Shown piece by piece: positions 28,110 to 37,055 of a stretch of 51,472 nt of DNA. The stretch is from Candidatus Moraniibacteriota bacterium. GTDB lineage: Bacteria > Patescibacteriota > Minisyncoccia > Moranbacterales > UBA1568. The DNA is taken from contig JAYVWV010000035.1 of assembly GCA_043785755.1 (NCBI GenBank), positions 1 through 51,472 on the forward strand, written 5' to 3'. Every line of letters starts with the position of its first letter. The stretch's first letter is position 1. The notes under the pieces were generated by a model. It was not told the origin of the DNA. It saw only the letters and a program-made list of their open reading frames with translations, and made no database searches. A program made the position numbers and the translations under genes.

Positions 28110-28207
28110 AAAAAAATTTTCCCTCAGGCCAGACATGCTGACCCGAGGGAGTGCCCGGAGGCAAAAGCACAGAAGACTGCGCCAGGAGGAGACAATCCAT
28201 AAGAACT
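28110..28207 (-). ncRNA. Candidate ~100-nt small RNA, from an orphan promoter to a 12-bp hairpin plus U-run
   Basis: See promoter 28214-28242. Minus-strand hairpin CCCUCGGGUCAG-caugu-CUGGCCUGAGGG (28121-28149; its two G-U pairs would be A-C mismatches on the plus strand), followed by AAAAUUUUUUU. Confidence 0.3.
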
Positions 28208-28213
28208 ACCTTC

Positions 28214-28242
28214 TCTATAGCACGCCTAAAGAAGAATGTCAA
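28214..28242 (-). promoter_or_regulatory. Orphan minus-strand promoter TTGACA-17 nt-(TGc)TATAGA
   Basis: Minus strand reads cTTGACAttcttctttaggcgTGcTATAGAgaagg. There is no minus-strand CDS downstream. Confidence 0.4.
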
Positions 28243-28250
28243 GTCTACGC

Positions 28251-28280
28251 TTGCTTTCTCTGTCCCCCAGACGTTATCAT
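28251..28280 (+). promoter_or_regulatory. Possible thrS promoter TTGCTT-18 nt-TATCAT
   Basis: ttgctt at 28251-28256 and tatcat at 28275-28280, with the ATG 37 nt downstream. Confidence 0.35.
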
Positions 28281-28317
28281 ATAAAAGAAAGATCCTTTTA
28301 TCCTTATTTTCTCCCCT

Positions 28318-29586
28318 ATGTCCCAGGACCAGAACGAACCCACCGAAGCGCCGGAGGCATTGGCCAAAAATGATCATCGTCGGCTCGGTCAGGAGCTCGA
28401 GTTGTTTACCTTTTCCGACCTGGTCGGTTCCGGACTTCCTCTGTGGCTCCCCAAAGGTGCCACCGTCAGACGCATTCTCGAGCGTTACATCGTCGATACC
28501 GAAATTGCTTGGGGGTACAGTCATGTCTACACTCCCGACATCGCCAAGCTCGACCTGTACAAGACATCGGGACACTACCCTTACTACAAGGATTCCATGT
28601 ATGCCCCGATCAAAATAGATGAGCATGAGTTCATGCTGCGGCCCATGACCTGTCCGCACCATTTCCAGATCTTTAGCGCTCGGCCCAGAAGCTACAAGGA
28701 GCTCCCTATGCGCATCGCGGAACTGGCCAAACTCTATCGCTACGAAGGATCGGGTGAACTCTCTGGCCTCGTCCGAGTGCGCAGTTTCTGCCTGGCCGAT
28801 GCCCATATCATCTGTACGGACAAAGACCAGGCGGCCGAAGAAGTCGATAAGGCCCTCGATCTCATCGAACACATCGCCTCTGTTTTCAGTCTCAAGCTCG
28901 GAGAAAATTATTCTTATCGCTTGTCGCTCGGCAATCGGACCGATGACAAGAAGTACTATAAAAATGATGCTGCTTGGGATGAAGGCGAGACCATGCTCCG
29001 TTCGGTTCTGACGAAACGCAAGGGTACTTTCGTCGAAGCAGCTGGAGAAGCAGCTTTCTACGGACCGAAGATCGATATCCAGATGATCGATGCTCGTGGG
29101 AAAGAAAATACCGCCTTCACCGTTCAATATGATTTCTGCATGCCCGATCGCTTCAATCTGACCTACGTCGATTCTGACGGAAAGGAAAAACGCCCCGTCG
29201 TCGTCCATCGTTCATCGATTGGTGCCATCGAGCGCGTCATGGCCTTTCTCATCGAACACTACGCGGGAGCCTTCCCAGTCTGGCTCGCGCCCGTCCAAGT
29301 GACCATCCTCCCAATCGGTGAAAGTCACCGTGCCTACGCCGAAGAAGTCGCCACGAAGTTACGCCAAGCGGACATCCGCGTCAGTGTCGATGCTGCTGAT
29401 CTTTCGCTCGGCAAACGCATCCGCACGGCCAAGATGCAAAAAGTCCCTTACCTCATCGTCGCCGGCGACAAAGAAATGACCGGTCAAACGGTTTCTCTCG
29501 AACACCGGACACTGGGTCAGCTCGGCAGTCAGAGTATCACCGAAGCGAGCACCCTCATCACGCAAGCCATCACAGACAAGGCATAG
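28318..29586 (+). CDS. thrS: Threonyl-tRNA synthetase, catalytic plus anticodon-binding domains only (no TGS/editing domains)
   Basis: 422 aa. NDHRRLGQELELF...MLRPMTCPHHFQIF...FYGPKIDIQ...HRSSIGAIERVMAFLIEHYAGAFPVWLAP aligns from about residue 240 of the 642-aa E. coli enzyme. Confidence 0.9.
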   Translation: MSQDQNEPTEAPEALAKNDHRRLGQELELFTFSDLVGSGLPLWLPKGATVRRILERYIVDTEIAWGYSHVYTPDIAKLDLYKTSGHYPYYKDSMYAPIKIDEHEFMLRPMTCPHHFQIFSARPRSYKELPMRIAELAKLYRYEGSGELSGLVRVRSFCLADAHIICTDKDQAAEEVDKALDLIEHIASVFSLKLGENYSYRLSLGNRTDDKKYYKNDAAWDEGETMLRSVLTKRKGTFVEAAGEAAFYGPKIDIQMIDARGKENTAFTVQYDFCMPDRFNLTYVDSDGKEKRPVVVHRSSIGAIERVMAFLIEHYAGAFPVWLAPVQVTILPIGESHRAYAEEVATKLRQADIRVSVDAADLSLGKRIRTAKMQKVPYLIVAGDKEMTGQTVSLEHRTLGQLGSQSITEASTLITQAITDKA

Positions 29587-29599
29587 TCTCTACATCACT

Positions 29600-29629
29600 A
29601 AAAACCCAAGCCTCCTGGCTTGGGTTTTT
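29600..29629. terminator. Bidirectional terminator between thrS and the P-type ATPase gene
   Basis: aaaaaCCCAAGCCtcctGGCTTGGGttttt. Confidence 0.8.
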
Positions 29630-29660
29630 GATTGTCTCAGAAAATATCATCGAATACTCT

Positions 29661-32201
29661 TCAAGCAATTTTTCTTACCGGCACCAAGGCCGGTTGCATA
29701 TGACGGTAGTACAATTTCTTCACTGCTTCCGTGGCGAAGAAGTAGGAAACTACCAAGGCGCCTATAAAGAGGAGGAGGCGCGGTGACGGCACAATAAAGT
29801 GCAGGGCATGGGCAGCTACCGGAATAAACGGCAGTGTCCAACCAATCGCCAGGATGGTGAGTGAAAGTGAAAGAAGTGTCCAAGAAGGCCGGCGCGCCTT
29901 GAAAAAGGAAAACTTGGTGCGGAGGGAAAAGACCAAAATGACCTCGGTCGTGAGACTCAAAAGAAACCAGGCGGTCTGAAGAGTTTCAGGCGAGACATGA
30001 TAGAGAGCGCCAAAAAGAATGAAATCAAAAACAGAGCTGACGATACCGAGCATGGTCGCCATGAGCACCACCGTGTGTACCTGATAGTTCTTGGGCTTTT
30101 CCAATTCCTCGCTATCGACCGTGTCAGTAGCGATGGAGATCATAGGAAAATCTGACAGGAGATCAATCAAAAGAATCTGCATAGGCAAGAGCGGCACGAA
30201 AGGTAGAAACAGTGATGCCAGAGCCACCGAGTAAAAATTCCCGAAATTCGAAGTGAGGGTAATCTTCAAATACTTGAGAATATTAGCGAAGATGGTGCGC
30301 CCCTCTCGAATCCCTTCCACCACTGTTTTCAGGCTCTCATCTAGGAGCACAACGTCAGCCGCCTCGCGAGCGATGTCAGACGCACTCTCTACCACGATAG
30401 CCACATTGGCCAGTTTGAGGGCTGGTGCATCATTGATCCCCTCACCCAAAAACCCCACCTCGTGTTTTTCTTGCAGTGTCTTAATAATTTCAAATTTCTG
30501 CCGAGGCGATATCCTGGCAAAAACCGCTCCCTCTGCAATGGCCTGGCGTCGCTTCGTCTCGGTCATCTCATCGAGTTCTTTCCCTGTCACCACATCCTTC
30601 GGACTCTTGAGCAACCCCACCGCATAACCAACTGCCCCGGCCACCTCCCGACTGTCACCAGTAATGATCTTGATTGCCACGTTGAGAGCCTGGGCCTGTA
30701 CTAAAGTCGCGCGAGCAGTCGTTTTCAGCACATCAGAGAAGGCAATCAGTCCGACGAACTGGAGATCCTGTTCCTCGTACGGAGAATACTTTCGACCGGC
30801 CGCCACTGTCTTGTGGGCGATGGCCAATACTCGCTCTCCCCGTTCACCTGCCAGCGCCACCCACTGCATCAGCTGCTTACTGGTATAGGTATCAATATTA
30901 CGAGAACGACGCAGAATTTCCTCGGGTGCCCCGCGCATGATCAGTTCATGGCCGTGCCCACGATCAAAGAGCACACTGTTACAGCGTCGCTCAGGATCAA
31001 AAGGAATAGCATCCAAACGCTTGCCACGATTCATCTCCTGACGCTCGGTACTGCTCAGTGCCTGCCAAAGAGCTAGGTCAAAGGCATCGTGGAGCTTGCC
31101 CCGTTCTACCGGTACCACTAAGGAACTGGCAAAGGCCAGCTTGAGACAGGTATGTTTATCAGTAGCATTGACGGAAACTACTGAGAGTAAATTTTCCGTG
31201 AGTGTCCCGGTTTTATCGCAACAGAGAATCTCGATGCTCCCCAAATCCTCAATAGCCGAGAGGCGCTTCACCACCACTTTCTTCCGCGCCAAACGGAGTG
31301 ACCCTCGAGAGAGTGCTACCGTCAGAATGACTGGCAACGCTTCTGGAATAACAGAAACGGCCAACGCCAAAGAAAAGATCAGGAGATCGACCCAATCAAG
31401 ACTGCCACCCTTGATAGCGACATTGGCGACATAGATAAGTGTCAAGGTGAAAAAGACCAACTTCAGAATAAAACGGCTGAACTGATTCATTCCCTTCTCA
31501 AAAACCGTTTCCTTTTCCGTATCTTCGGTGAGAAGAGCGATATCACCGAGTGCTGTTTCCTTCCCCGTTGCAAACACCACCCCCTCGCCGGAACCACTCG
31601 TCACCACGGTACCGGCAAACCCGATGTTGAGAGCCTCATACAGTTCGGCCGGCGGCGTCTTCAAAAGCTCAGCCGTCTTTGTCACCGCGATCGACTCACC
31701 GGTCATGATGCTCTCATCGAGTTTCAGGCCATTCGTATGAAGAAAGCGCACATCAGCCGGCAGTCGATCCCCCGCCTCGACCAACACGATATCGCCTGGC
31801 ACGACCGTGGTACTTTCCACCCGTATCACTTTACCATCGCGCCGTACTCGCGCGTGGACGACCAAGTAACGCTTCAAAAGCTGCATGGCCTGATTCGAAT
31901 GATACTCCTGATAGGTCTCAAGACTCAGGTTGATAAGGATAAAGGCCAAGATAAAACACCCCTCCAAATAGTCTTGAAGCAGAAATGACAGGGTAGCGGC
32001 GGCTAAAAGAAGATACAGGAACGAAGAAGCCAAGCGCTGCCTCAAGGCTTTCACCAAGGCTGAGGATCCCGATTTGACCACGTTGGCACGAACCGAAGCC
32101 AAGCGCTCTCCTGCTTCGTGGGACGACAAACCATTCGTAGAACTCACTAATTCCACTAAGACATTGTCCTCTGCCTCTGCCGCAAACTTTTTCCACACCA
32201 T
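29661..32201 (-). CDS. Cation-transporting P-type ATPase (P2/P3-type, Mg2+/Ca2+-like)
   Basis: 846 aa with TGES, the CCDKTGTLTEN phosphorylation site, TGDSREVA, GEGINDAPALKLANVAIV, and IPEALP in TM4. Confidence 0.9.
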   Translation of the reverse strand: MVWKKFAAEAEDNVLVELVSSTNGLSSHEAGERLASVRANVVKSGSSALVKALRQRLASSFLYLLLAAATLSFLLQDYLEGCFILAFILINLSLETYQEYHSNQAMQLLKRYLVVHARVRRDGKVIRVESTTVVPGDIVLVEAGDRLPADVRFLHTNGLKLDESIMTGESIAVTKTAELLKTPPAELYEALNIGFAGTVVTSGSGEGVVFATGKETALGDIALLTEDTEKETVFEKGMNQFSRFILKLVFFTLTLIYVANVAIKGGSLDWVDLLIFSLALAVSVIPEALPVILTVALSRGSLRLARKKVVVKRLSAIEDLGSIEILCCDKTGTLTENLLSVVSVNATDKHTCLKLAFASSLVVPVERGKLHDAFDLALWQALSSTERQEMNRGKRLDAIPFDPERRCNSVLFDRGHGHELIMRGAPEEILRRSRNIDTYTSKQLMQWVALAGERGERVLAIAHKTVAAGRKYSPYEEQDLQFVGLIAFSDVLKTTARATLVQAQALNVAIKIITGDSREVAGAVGYAVGLLKSPKDVVTGKELDEMTETKRRQAIAEGAVFARISPRQKFEIIKTLQEKHEVGFLGEGINDAPALKLANVAIVVESASDIAREAADVVLLDESLKTVVEGIREGRTIFANILKYLKITLTSNFGNFYSVALASLFLPFVPLLPMQILLIDLLSDFPMISIATDTVDSEELEKPKNYQVHTVVLMATMLGIVSSVFDFILFGALYHVSPETLQTAWFLLSLTTEVILVFSLRTKFSFFKARRPSWTLLSLSLTILAIGWTLPFIPVAAHALHFIVPSPRLLLFIGALVVSYFFATEAVKKLYYRHMQPALVPVRKIA

Positions 32202-32238
32202 AATACTTCCTTTGGTTTTTCATTTTTGTCCCGAAACT

Positions 32239-32559
32239 TCACGCATCGCGAGCTGCTTTCTTCCGAGCCAGTCCGAGCAATGCCTCAAAATCATCTTCTT
32301 CCTGCACCTTGTTCTTGCGTTCAAAGCCACATTTCTCACAGCGCTGCAACAATTTCTCCTGTCCCCCTTCTTTCTCAGACGAAAGTGGCTCCATCAATCC
32401 GCCGCACGTGGCCAAACGATCACCCGGATGGACGTCGACGTGCTTGCTATAAAGACAGTGCGGACAATGATTGGTATAACCATCACCAGTCACAGGCAAC
32501 CCGCAGTGCTCGCACGCGAAATCCTCCCTCCGTTTCTGAAATACTTTGGTGGCAGTCAT
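32239..32559 (-). CDS. RNHCP-domain zinc-ribbon protein
   Basis: FACEHCGLPVTGDGYTNHCPHCLYSKHVD...CGGLMEP...CEKCGFERKNK. Confidence 0.7.
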   Translation of the reverse strand: MTATKVFQKRREDFACEHCGLPVTGDGYTNHCPHCLYSKHVDVHPGDRLATCGGLMEPLSSEKEGGQEKLLQRCEKCGFERKNKVQEEDDFEALLGLARKKAARDA

Positions 32560-32640
32560 ATCTTCTGTCCCAGCGTAACCTTAATAGTATAGCAAATTGT
32601 CTGTCTTCTCGGTACTTTTTTCAAAGACACCCATCCACAA

Positions 32641-33897
32641 TTATTTTGCTTGGCTCAAAATATCATTGATCGTGTCCTCATCCTGACAGGAATATTTTCG
32701 ACTGGCGGAATAGAAACGTTTCTTGGGACCGCTACAGCCTCCGTTGTCGCGATTGAGGGTGGCCAACATGGGCATGAGAAACCCTACCTGGCGCGCTGAG
32801 AAAAAGGCGAAGAGTCGCTTCAGCGTGAGCGTCCGTTCCCGCCTGTCCATCCGGGTAAAGACACTCATGTCATCGCCGATCTTGCCACTCCAATCAAAAT
32901 GAACAAAAACGTTGTTGGCTTTGGAGGCAAAGCGCGGATGCCACAGAAGTGCCCAACACCAATCCCCCGGTGCCTGCCACCAGCGCGAGAAACAAGCCTC
33001 ACTCTCGACACTGCCATCACTCGCGAGTCCAACACCTCCCTCGATGTAGTCGAAGAGCCGCAGATACGCTTCGTTTTCGATATCGTTCGTCTGCGCCCCG
33101 ACGACGATTGTTAATCCCAGATACTGAGCGTGCTCGCGCATCCCGCGAATGATCTCGGGTATGTGACTCAGCGCCACATCAGAACTGTCCTGGTAGAACA
33201 CCTCTCCAAAAAGAAAACTCTGAATGCCCATGTTCATGGCCTCATCGCTAATATACTGCACATATTTACGGTACTCTTCCCGCTCGAGCGTCGGCTTACA
33301 GGTATGTTCGCCCCAATAATTCTCGCTACCCTGGCGGCACATCGCCTTGAAATCAAATTCACGATACTCATCCGGATAGAAATAATGCGCCCGGGTATCA
33401 ATCGCCTCAGCCAGAAACATTCCATAGACAGTATTGGGTTTCGTCACCTGTTCCATGATCATGCGGGCCAGCTCAAAATCAGGCGGCTTGAGCCACGTCT
33501 CGAGCGCCCGATGCAGATAGTAGCACTGCGAGCGATTGATGAGAGCCACCGAACTGTTGATGTCCCCGCCATAGCCAGACAACAACCCATCCGTCACGCA
33601 GCCGTGCGTCTTCATCTTGGCCATGACGGGTGGTGGTGGCGGCGGCAACACAGGATATTCTTTCTCGGCTACACCGACTTTTTTCGGTTCAAGATTGAGC
33701 ACCGGCTGTTCATCAACCCAGTCGGTGAGGGTCGAAGTATTTCCCCCCACGTTCTCATCAGACGCAGTTTCTTGCCCGGGCGTCCGATGGAAAACGATGA
33801 AGTATAGTCCAACTGCTACCGAGAGCGCCCCAAAAACCACCCACAGGAGTATGCGAGGAAACAAGCGACGTTTTTTTTGATAAGAGAATGGCAACAT
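32641..33897 (-). CDS. Membrane-anchored hypothetical protein with a Pro linker and a Cys-containing extracytoplasmic domain
   Basis: Start ATG 33897 (MLPFSYQKKRRLFPRILLWVVFGALSVAVGLYFIVF), followed by PPPPPPV. No family was recognised. A TATAAT hexamer sits 12 nt upstream of the ATG. Confidence 0.6.
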   Translation of the reverse strand: MLPFSYQKKRRLFPRILLWVVFGALSVAVGLYFIVFHRTPGQETASDENVGGNTSTLTDWVDEQPVLNLEPKKVGVAEKEYPVLPPPPPPVMAKMKTHGCVTDGLLSGYGGDINSSVALINRSQCYYLHRALETWLKPPDFELARMIMEQVTKPNTVYGMFLAEAIDTRAHYFYPDEYREFDFKAMCRQGSENYWGEHTCKPTLEREEYRKYVQYISDEAMNMGIQSFLFGEVFYQDSSDVALSHIPEIIRGMREHAQYLGLTIVVGAQTNDIENEAYLRLFDYIEGGVGLASDGSVESEACFSRWWQAPGDWCWALLWHPRFASKANNVFVHFDWSGKIGDDMSVFTRMDRRERTLTLKRLFAFFSARQVGFLMPMLATLNRDNGGCSGPKKRFYSASRKYSCQDEDTINDILSQAK

Positions 33898-34085
33898 ACG
33901 CGTACCTCTATTATACACTTTACAGAAAACATAGGTTTTTTCTCTCAAAGACATCCTCCTCCCAAGCGACTCCTTTATTCCCTTACTCTATAGTTTCCCG
34001 GAAATGCCTCAAAACATTTGCCACCACTCATTCTCTCTCAAAAAAATAGCCTAAGAATTACCCGCTCCTTGCCCGAATTTTTCCA

Positions 34086-34112
34086 CCAAAACAAAAACAC
34101 CCCGAGAGGTGC
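34086..34112 (-). terminator. Terminator after the GNAT gene
   Basis: Minus strand GCACC-ucucgg-GGUGU followed by UUUUGUUUUGG. Confidence 0.45.
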
Positions 34113-34178
34113 TTTTATGGTTTGCTTGAATCGATGCGTCAATGATGGTCGAACTGGATTTATGAAAAAATGCTTTAT

Positions 34179-34694
34179 CTATCTCCCTTGAACCTTATTC
34201 ACTCTTACAAGAACAAGTCTCGGCTCACCATCACCATAATAATCTTCTCCTCTTGATTCAATTTGAAACCCAAGGGAAAGATACAACTGTAACGCTACAC
34301 TATTTTCTGGATGGACCGTTAGATCAATTCTTTCTGTTGTTTCGAGTTCCCTCAACACGTTCGTCAAAGCTTCACGCCCAATTCCTTGTCTTTGAAATTC
34401 TGGATCAATAACGAGACTACTCAAATAAGCGTGTCCTTCTGATTTTATTTCATAGGAAACATACCCAACAACTTTAGCATCTTTTTCAATAAGGTAAGTT
34501 ACGGTCTTTTCTAATTCTTCTCTTTGTTCTTCCAAATCATCCATCGCCGAGTAAGTACGGACGTCCTTCATTTTCTGGTTGAGTGCACAAACAACTTCCG
34601 CATCGGAAACGGTTGCCAATCTCAAAACGACAGAAGGTCTCTCCTTGGCTTTTTTTTCTACTGTCTCTGGTCGTGGAAACACGGGCTCTTTCAT
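34179..34694 (-). CDS. GNAT-family N-acetyltransferase
   Basis: LVIDPEFQRQGIGREALTNVL acetyl-CoA motif; 171 aa. Confidence 0.85.
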   Translation of the reverse strand: MKEPVFPRPETVEKKAKERPSVVLRLATVSDAEVVCALNQKMKDVRTYSAMDDLEEQREELEKTVTYLIEKDAKVVGYVSYEIKSEGHAYLSSLVIDPEFQRQGIGREALTNVLRELETTERIDLTVHPENSVALQLYLSLGFQIESRGEDYYGDGEPRLVLVRVNKVQGR

Positions 34695-34761
34695 ATGTGC
34701 GTTCGAATCAATTTGTCTACCAAGTTACTCTATTTTATCACAATCCGAACGCGTTTCTTGG

Positions 34762-34790
34762 GCAATAAAAAACAAGGCTCTAGTGAGCCT
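34762..34790 (-). terminator. Terminator after tRNA-Gly(UCC)
   Basis: Minus strand AGGCUC-acua-GAGCCU followed by UGUUUUUUAUUG. Confidence 0.65.
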
Positions 34791-34802
34791 CATTTTTGAC
34801 TG

Positions 34803-34875
34803 AGCGGGCGATGGGAATCGAACCCACATCCTCAGCTTGGAAGGCTGATATAATAAGCCACTATACGACGCCCGC
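34803..34875 (-). tRNA. tRNA-Gly (anticodon UCC)
   Basis: GCGGGCGTCGTATAGTGGCTTATTATATCAGCCTTCCAAGCTGAGGATGTGGGTTCGATTCCCATCGCCCGCT, with anticodon arm TCAGC-CTTCCAA-GCTGA. Confidence 0.88.
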
Positions 34876-34942
34876 TTGTTTCTCCTTTATCAAAGTTCTC
34901 AAAAATTCTTTTCCAGAACCATTCTTTAAATACTTTTCTTTT

Positions 34943-35689
34943 TTACGGCCGGCTACTTTTATTATCCTGGACCATTCCGGCGAAGGGATCACACACCTGG
35001 TGTTCTTTGGTCGCGCCCATCTCCGAAAGCATCTTTTCCATCGCCTCGATGAAAGCCGGTGCCCCCACCAGATAAAACCACGCTCCGGCCACATCCGCTA
35101 CGTACTTCCTGACCATCGCTTCACAAATGTACCCACGCTCATCATTGCCTCCGGCGCAGGGAAGAGTTTCCTGGGAAAAGGTGGTGACGCAGTGCAGATT
35201 TTTCAGCTTCAAATCCTTCAGCTCCTCATGAAAAGCAGCGTCCCTTTGAAAACGATTCGAGTAAAGAGCGATGAATGTCCGTTCACTCCCTTCGTGCTCC
35301 GCCTGCTTCAAGATGCTCCTCATTGGTGTTACCCCGATGCCACCGACCAAGAAAACGATGGGTTGCGAGTCGGCAGCGTTGACCAGTGTGAAGTGACCGG
35401 CCGGTCCATTCGCAGCGATGGTGTCCCCGGGCTTCAGGGCGTACATCGTCTGTTTGAAACCACTGATGCCCTGGCGCATGGTAAAGGTCAATTGCTCTTC
35501 GAACGGTGCCGAGGAAATGGAGAACGAGCGTACCCCGGCTCGGCTGTCCGGTGCCACCAAATTGGCCAAACGGATGACTACATACTGACCCGCTTCGAAG
35601 GTAAAATCAGCCGGCTTGTCGAAAATGAACATCTCCGTCCGATCAGCCACGGTCTTCTTTTCCCGAAAGGTCAGCGTGTAGTTGGCCAT
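34943..35689 (-). CDS. Ferredoxin-NADP reductase-like FAD/NAD(P)-binding oxidoreductase
   Basis: Start ATG 35689 (MANYTLTF). RSFSISSAP (R-x-[YF]-S FAD motif) and VGGIGVTPM (NAD(P) motif). Confidence 0.8.
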   Translation of the reverse strand: MANYTLTFREKKTVADRTEMFIFDKPADFTFEAGQYVVIRLANLVAPDSRAGVRSFSISSAPFEEQLTFTMRQGISGFKQTMYALKPGDTIAANGPAGHFTLVNAADSQPIVFLVGGIGVTPMRSILKQAEHEGSERTFIALYSNRFQRDAAFHEELKDLKLKNLHCVTTFSQETLPCAGGNDERGYICEAMVRKYVADVAGAWFYLVGAPAFIEAMEKMLSEMGATKEHQVCDPFAGMVQDNKSSRP

Positions 35690-35730
35690 AGGACAATCAG
35701 CAGTCAGCAATTAACAATCAACAATAAGCA

Positions 35731-35753
35731 CAAAAAAACAGAGATAACTCTGT
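35731..35753 (-). terminator. Terminator after the yvcK-like gene
   Basis: Minus strand ACAGAG-uuau-CUCUGU followed by UUUUUUUG. Confidence 0.7.
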
Positions 35754-35860
35754 GGCTTCAGTCTAGCTCTTTTTCACCATTACTGTCAAAAGATGGAAAA
35801 TGATAACCCATCCTGCCAACCCTGTCAACCACCGTCGTTCACGAGCGACGTGGTCAACCT

Positions 35861-36874
35861 CTAAACGATATCGCGTAGGATATTTTCGTATTCCCCGAGC
35901 TCGAGAAGCATCACCAAAACCTGGGCCAGTTTTTCCGAATCATGCCGGATGAACGCCCGAGTAGAAGCAATCTTGTCCCCTTTTTGGCGCACCAAGCGCT
36001 TTTCACTCAAGAGGTCAGCCTGAATGACCCGAAAAGTACGGTCGGCGTTATTGAGAAATGGTACCAATAGCCCCTCCCCCTGGTACTTCTTGAGCAACTG
36101 TGGGGTCGGCTTCTTGGTATTGTAGGTGACGAAATTGATACGATCCCGCCCGATATAGCCGTTGATCTCACGCACATAGTCCTCAAGCGAAAACAGATCT
36201 GTCTGCCCGTGTTTACTCACCAGGTTACAGTTATAGACGACCTTGGCCTTGGTCTGTTGCAGCGCCTCGGCGATGCCCGGTACCAGGAGATTAGGGATGA
36301 TGGCACAGTAATGACTGCCCGGGCCGATAACGATGAGATCAGCTTCCAGAATCTTTTTGATAGCTAACAGATTAACCTTCGGTCGCGGTTTCAGAAAAAC
36401 TCTCGTCACCCCCACCTGCTCAAATTTCGAACTGGTATTGATCTCGTGTTCACCAGAAAGAAGTTCGCCGTTAGCCAACCCCATAAAGAGCCTCGTATTA
36501 GAAAGCGTCACTGGGATGACTTCACCCCGGACATTCAAAATTTTGGCGGCCTCTTCCACACCCAGTCCAAAATCACCGGTGATTTTTTCCAGAGCGGAAA
36601 GAAAAATATTGCCGAAGCTATGTCCCTCTAAACCGCCTTCAGCGAAACGATAGTTCATGAGTTCCCGCAGCATGTCCGGCGTATCAGAGAGCGCTACCAG
36701 ACACTGGCGCACATCACCCGGCGGCAACACCCCCAGCTCATCACGAAGAATGCCGGTCGACCCGCCATCATCAGCCATCGAAACGATGGCCGAGAGTTCC
36801 AGCGGATATTTTTTCAGCCCAGAGAGGAGCATGAAGCTGCCTGTCCCGCCGCCAATGGTCACTACCTTTTTCAT
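35861..36874 (-). CDS. yvcK: YvcK/CofD-like (UPF0052) gluconeogenesis-factor family protein
   Basis: MKKVVTIGGGTGSFMLLSGLKKY...IVSMADDGGSTGILRDELGVLPPGDVRQCLVAL. Confidence 0.9.
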   Translation of the reverse strand: MKKVVTIGGGTGSFMLLSGLKKYPLELSAIVSMADDGGSTGILRDELGVLPPGDVRQCLVALSDTPDMLRELMNYRFAEGGLEGHSFGNIFLSALEKITGDFGLGVEEAAKILNVRGEVIPVTLSNTRLFMGLANGELLSGEHEINTSSKFEQVGVTRVFLKPRPKVNLLAIKKILEADLIVIGPGSHYCAIIPNLLVPGIAEALQQTKAKVVYNCNLVSKHGQTDLFSLEDYVREINGYIGRDRINFVTYNTKKPTPQLLKKYQGEGLLVPFLNNADRTFRVIQADLLSEKRLVRQKGDKIASTRAFIRHDSEKLAQVLVMLLELGEYENILRDIV

Positions 36875-36875
36875 G

Positions 36876-36946
36876 TCGGAGCACCCGGAATCGAACCGGG
36901 ACTAAATGGTCCCAAACCACTCGTACTACCACTATACTATGCTCCG
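36876..36946 (-). tRNA. tRNA-Pro (anticodon UGG)
   Basis: CGGAGCATAGTATAGTGGTAGTACGAGTGGTTTGGGACCATTTAGTCCCGGTTCGATTCCGGGTGCTCCGA. CCA is not encoded. Confidence 0.9.
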
Positions 36947-37055
36947 AAGCGACAATCCCGCTACCGCCGTCCGCCGGATGGCGGAAGCGGAGCGGAATTG
37001 CAACTCTATCTTTTTTCGTCTTGTGGACGAGTCCACCCTGTGTGGGCCGACAGAA

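Noticed and set aside
27664-29208. 514-aa minus-strand ORF spanning the DUF4012 3' end, the spacer and most of thrS.
   Set aside because: It is antisense to two genes with clear family motifs. Its composition (D/G/V/E/L-rich with no motifs) is typical of a shadow ORF produced by the C/G-ending codon bias of the sense genes. The same applies to 894..1622, 11097..12023, 14847..15512, 17904..18494, 33130..33807, 34796..35803, 39139..39945, 41865..42563 and 44057..44818.
36947-37055. GTGGAC-uc-GTCCAC hairpin after hup as its terminator.
   Set aside because: On the minus (sense) strand it is followed by AAGACGAAAAAAG, not a U-run; the T-run lies on the wrong side. hup, tRNA-Pro and yvcK may therefore be co-transcribed.
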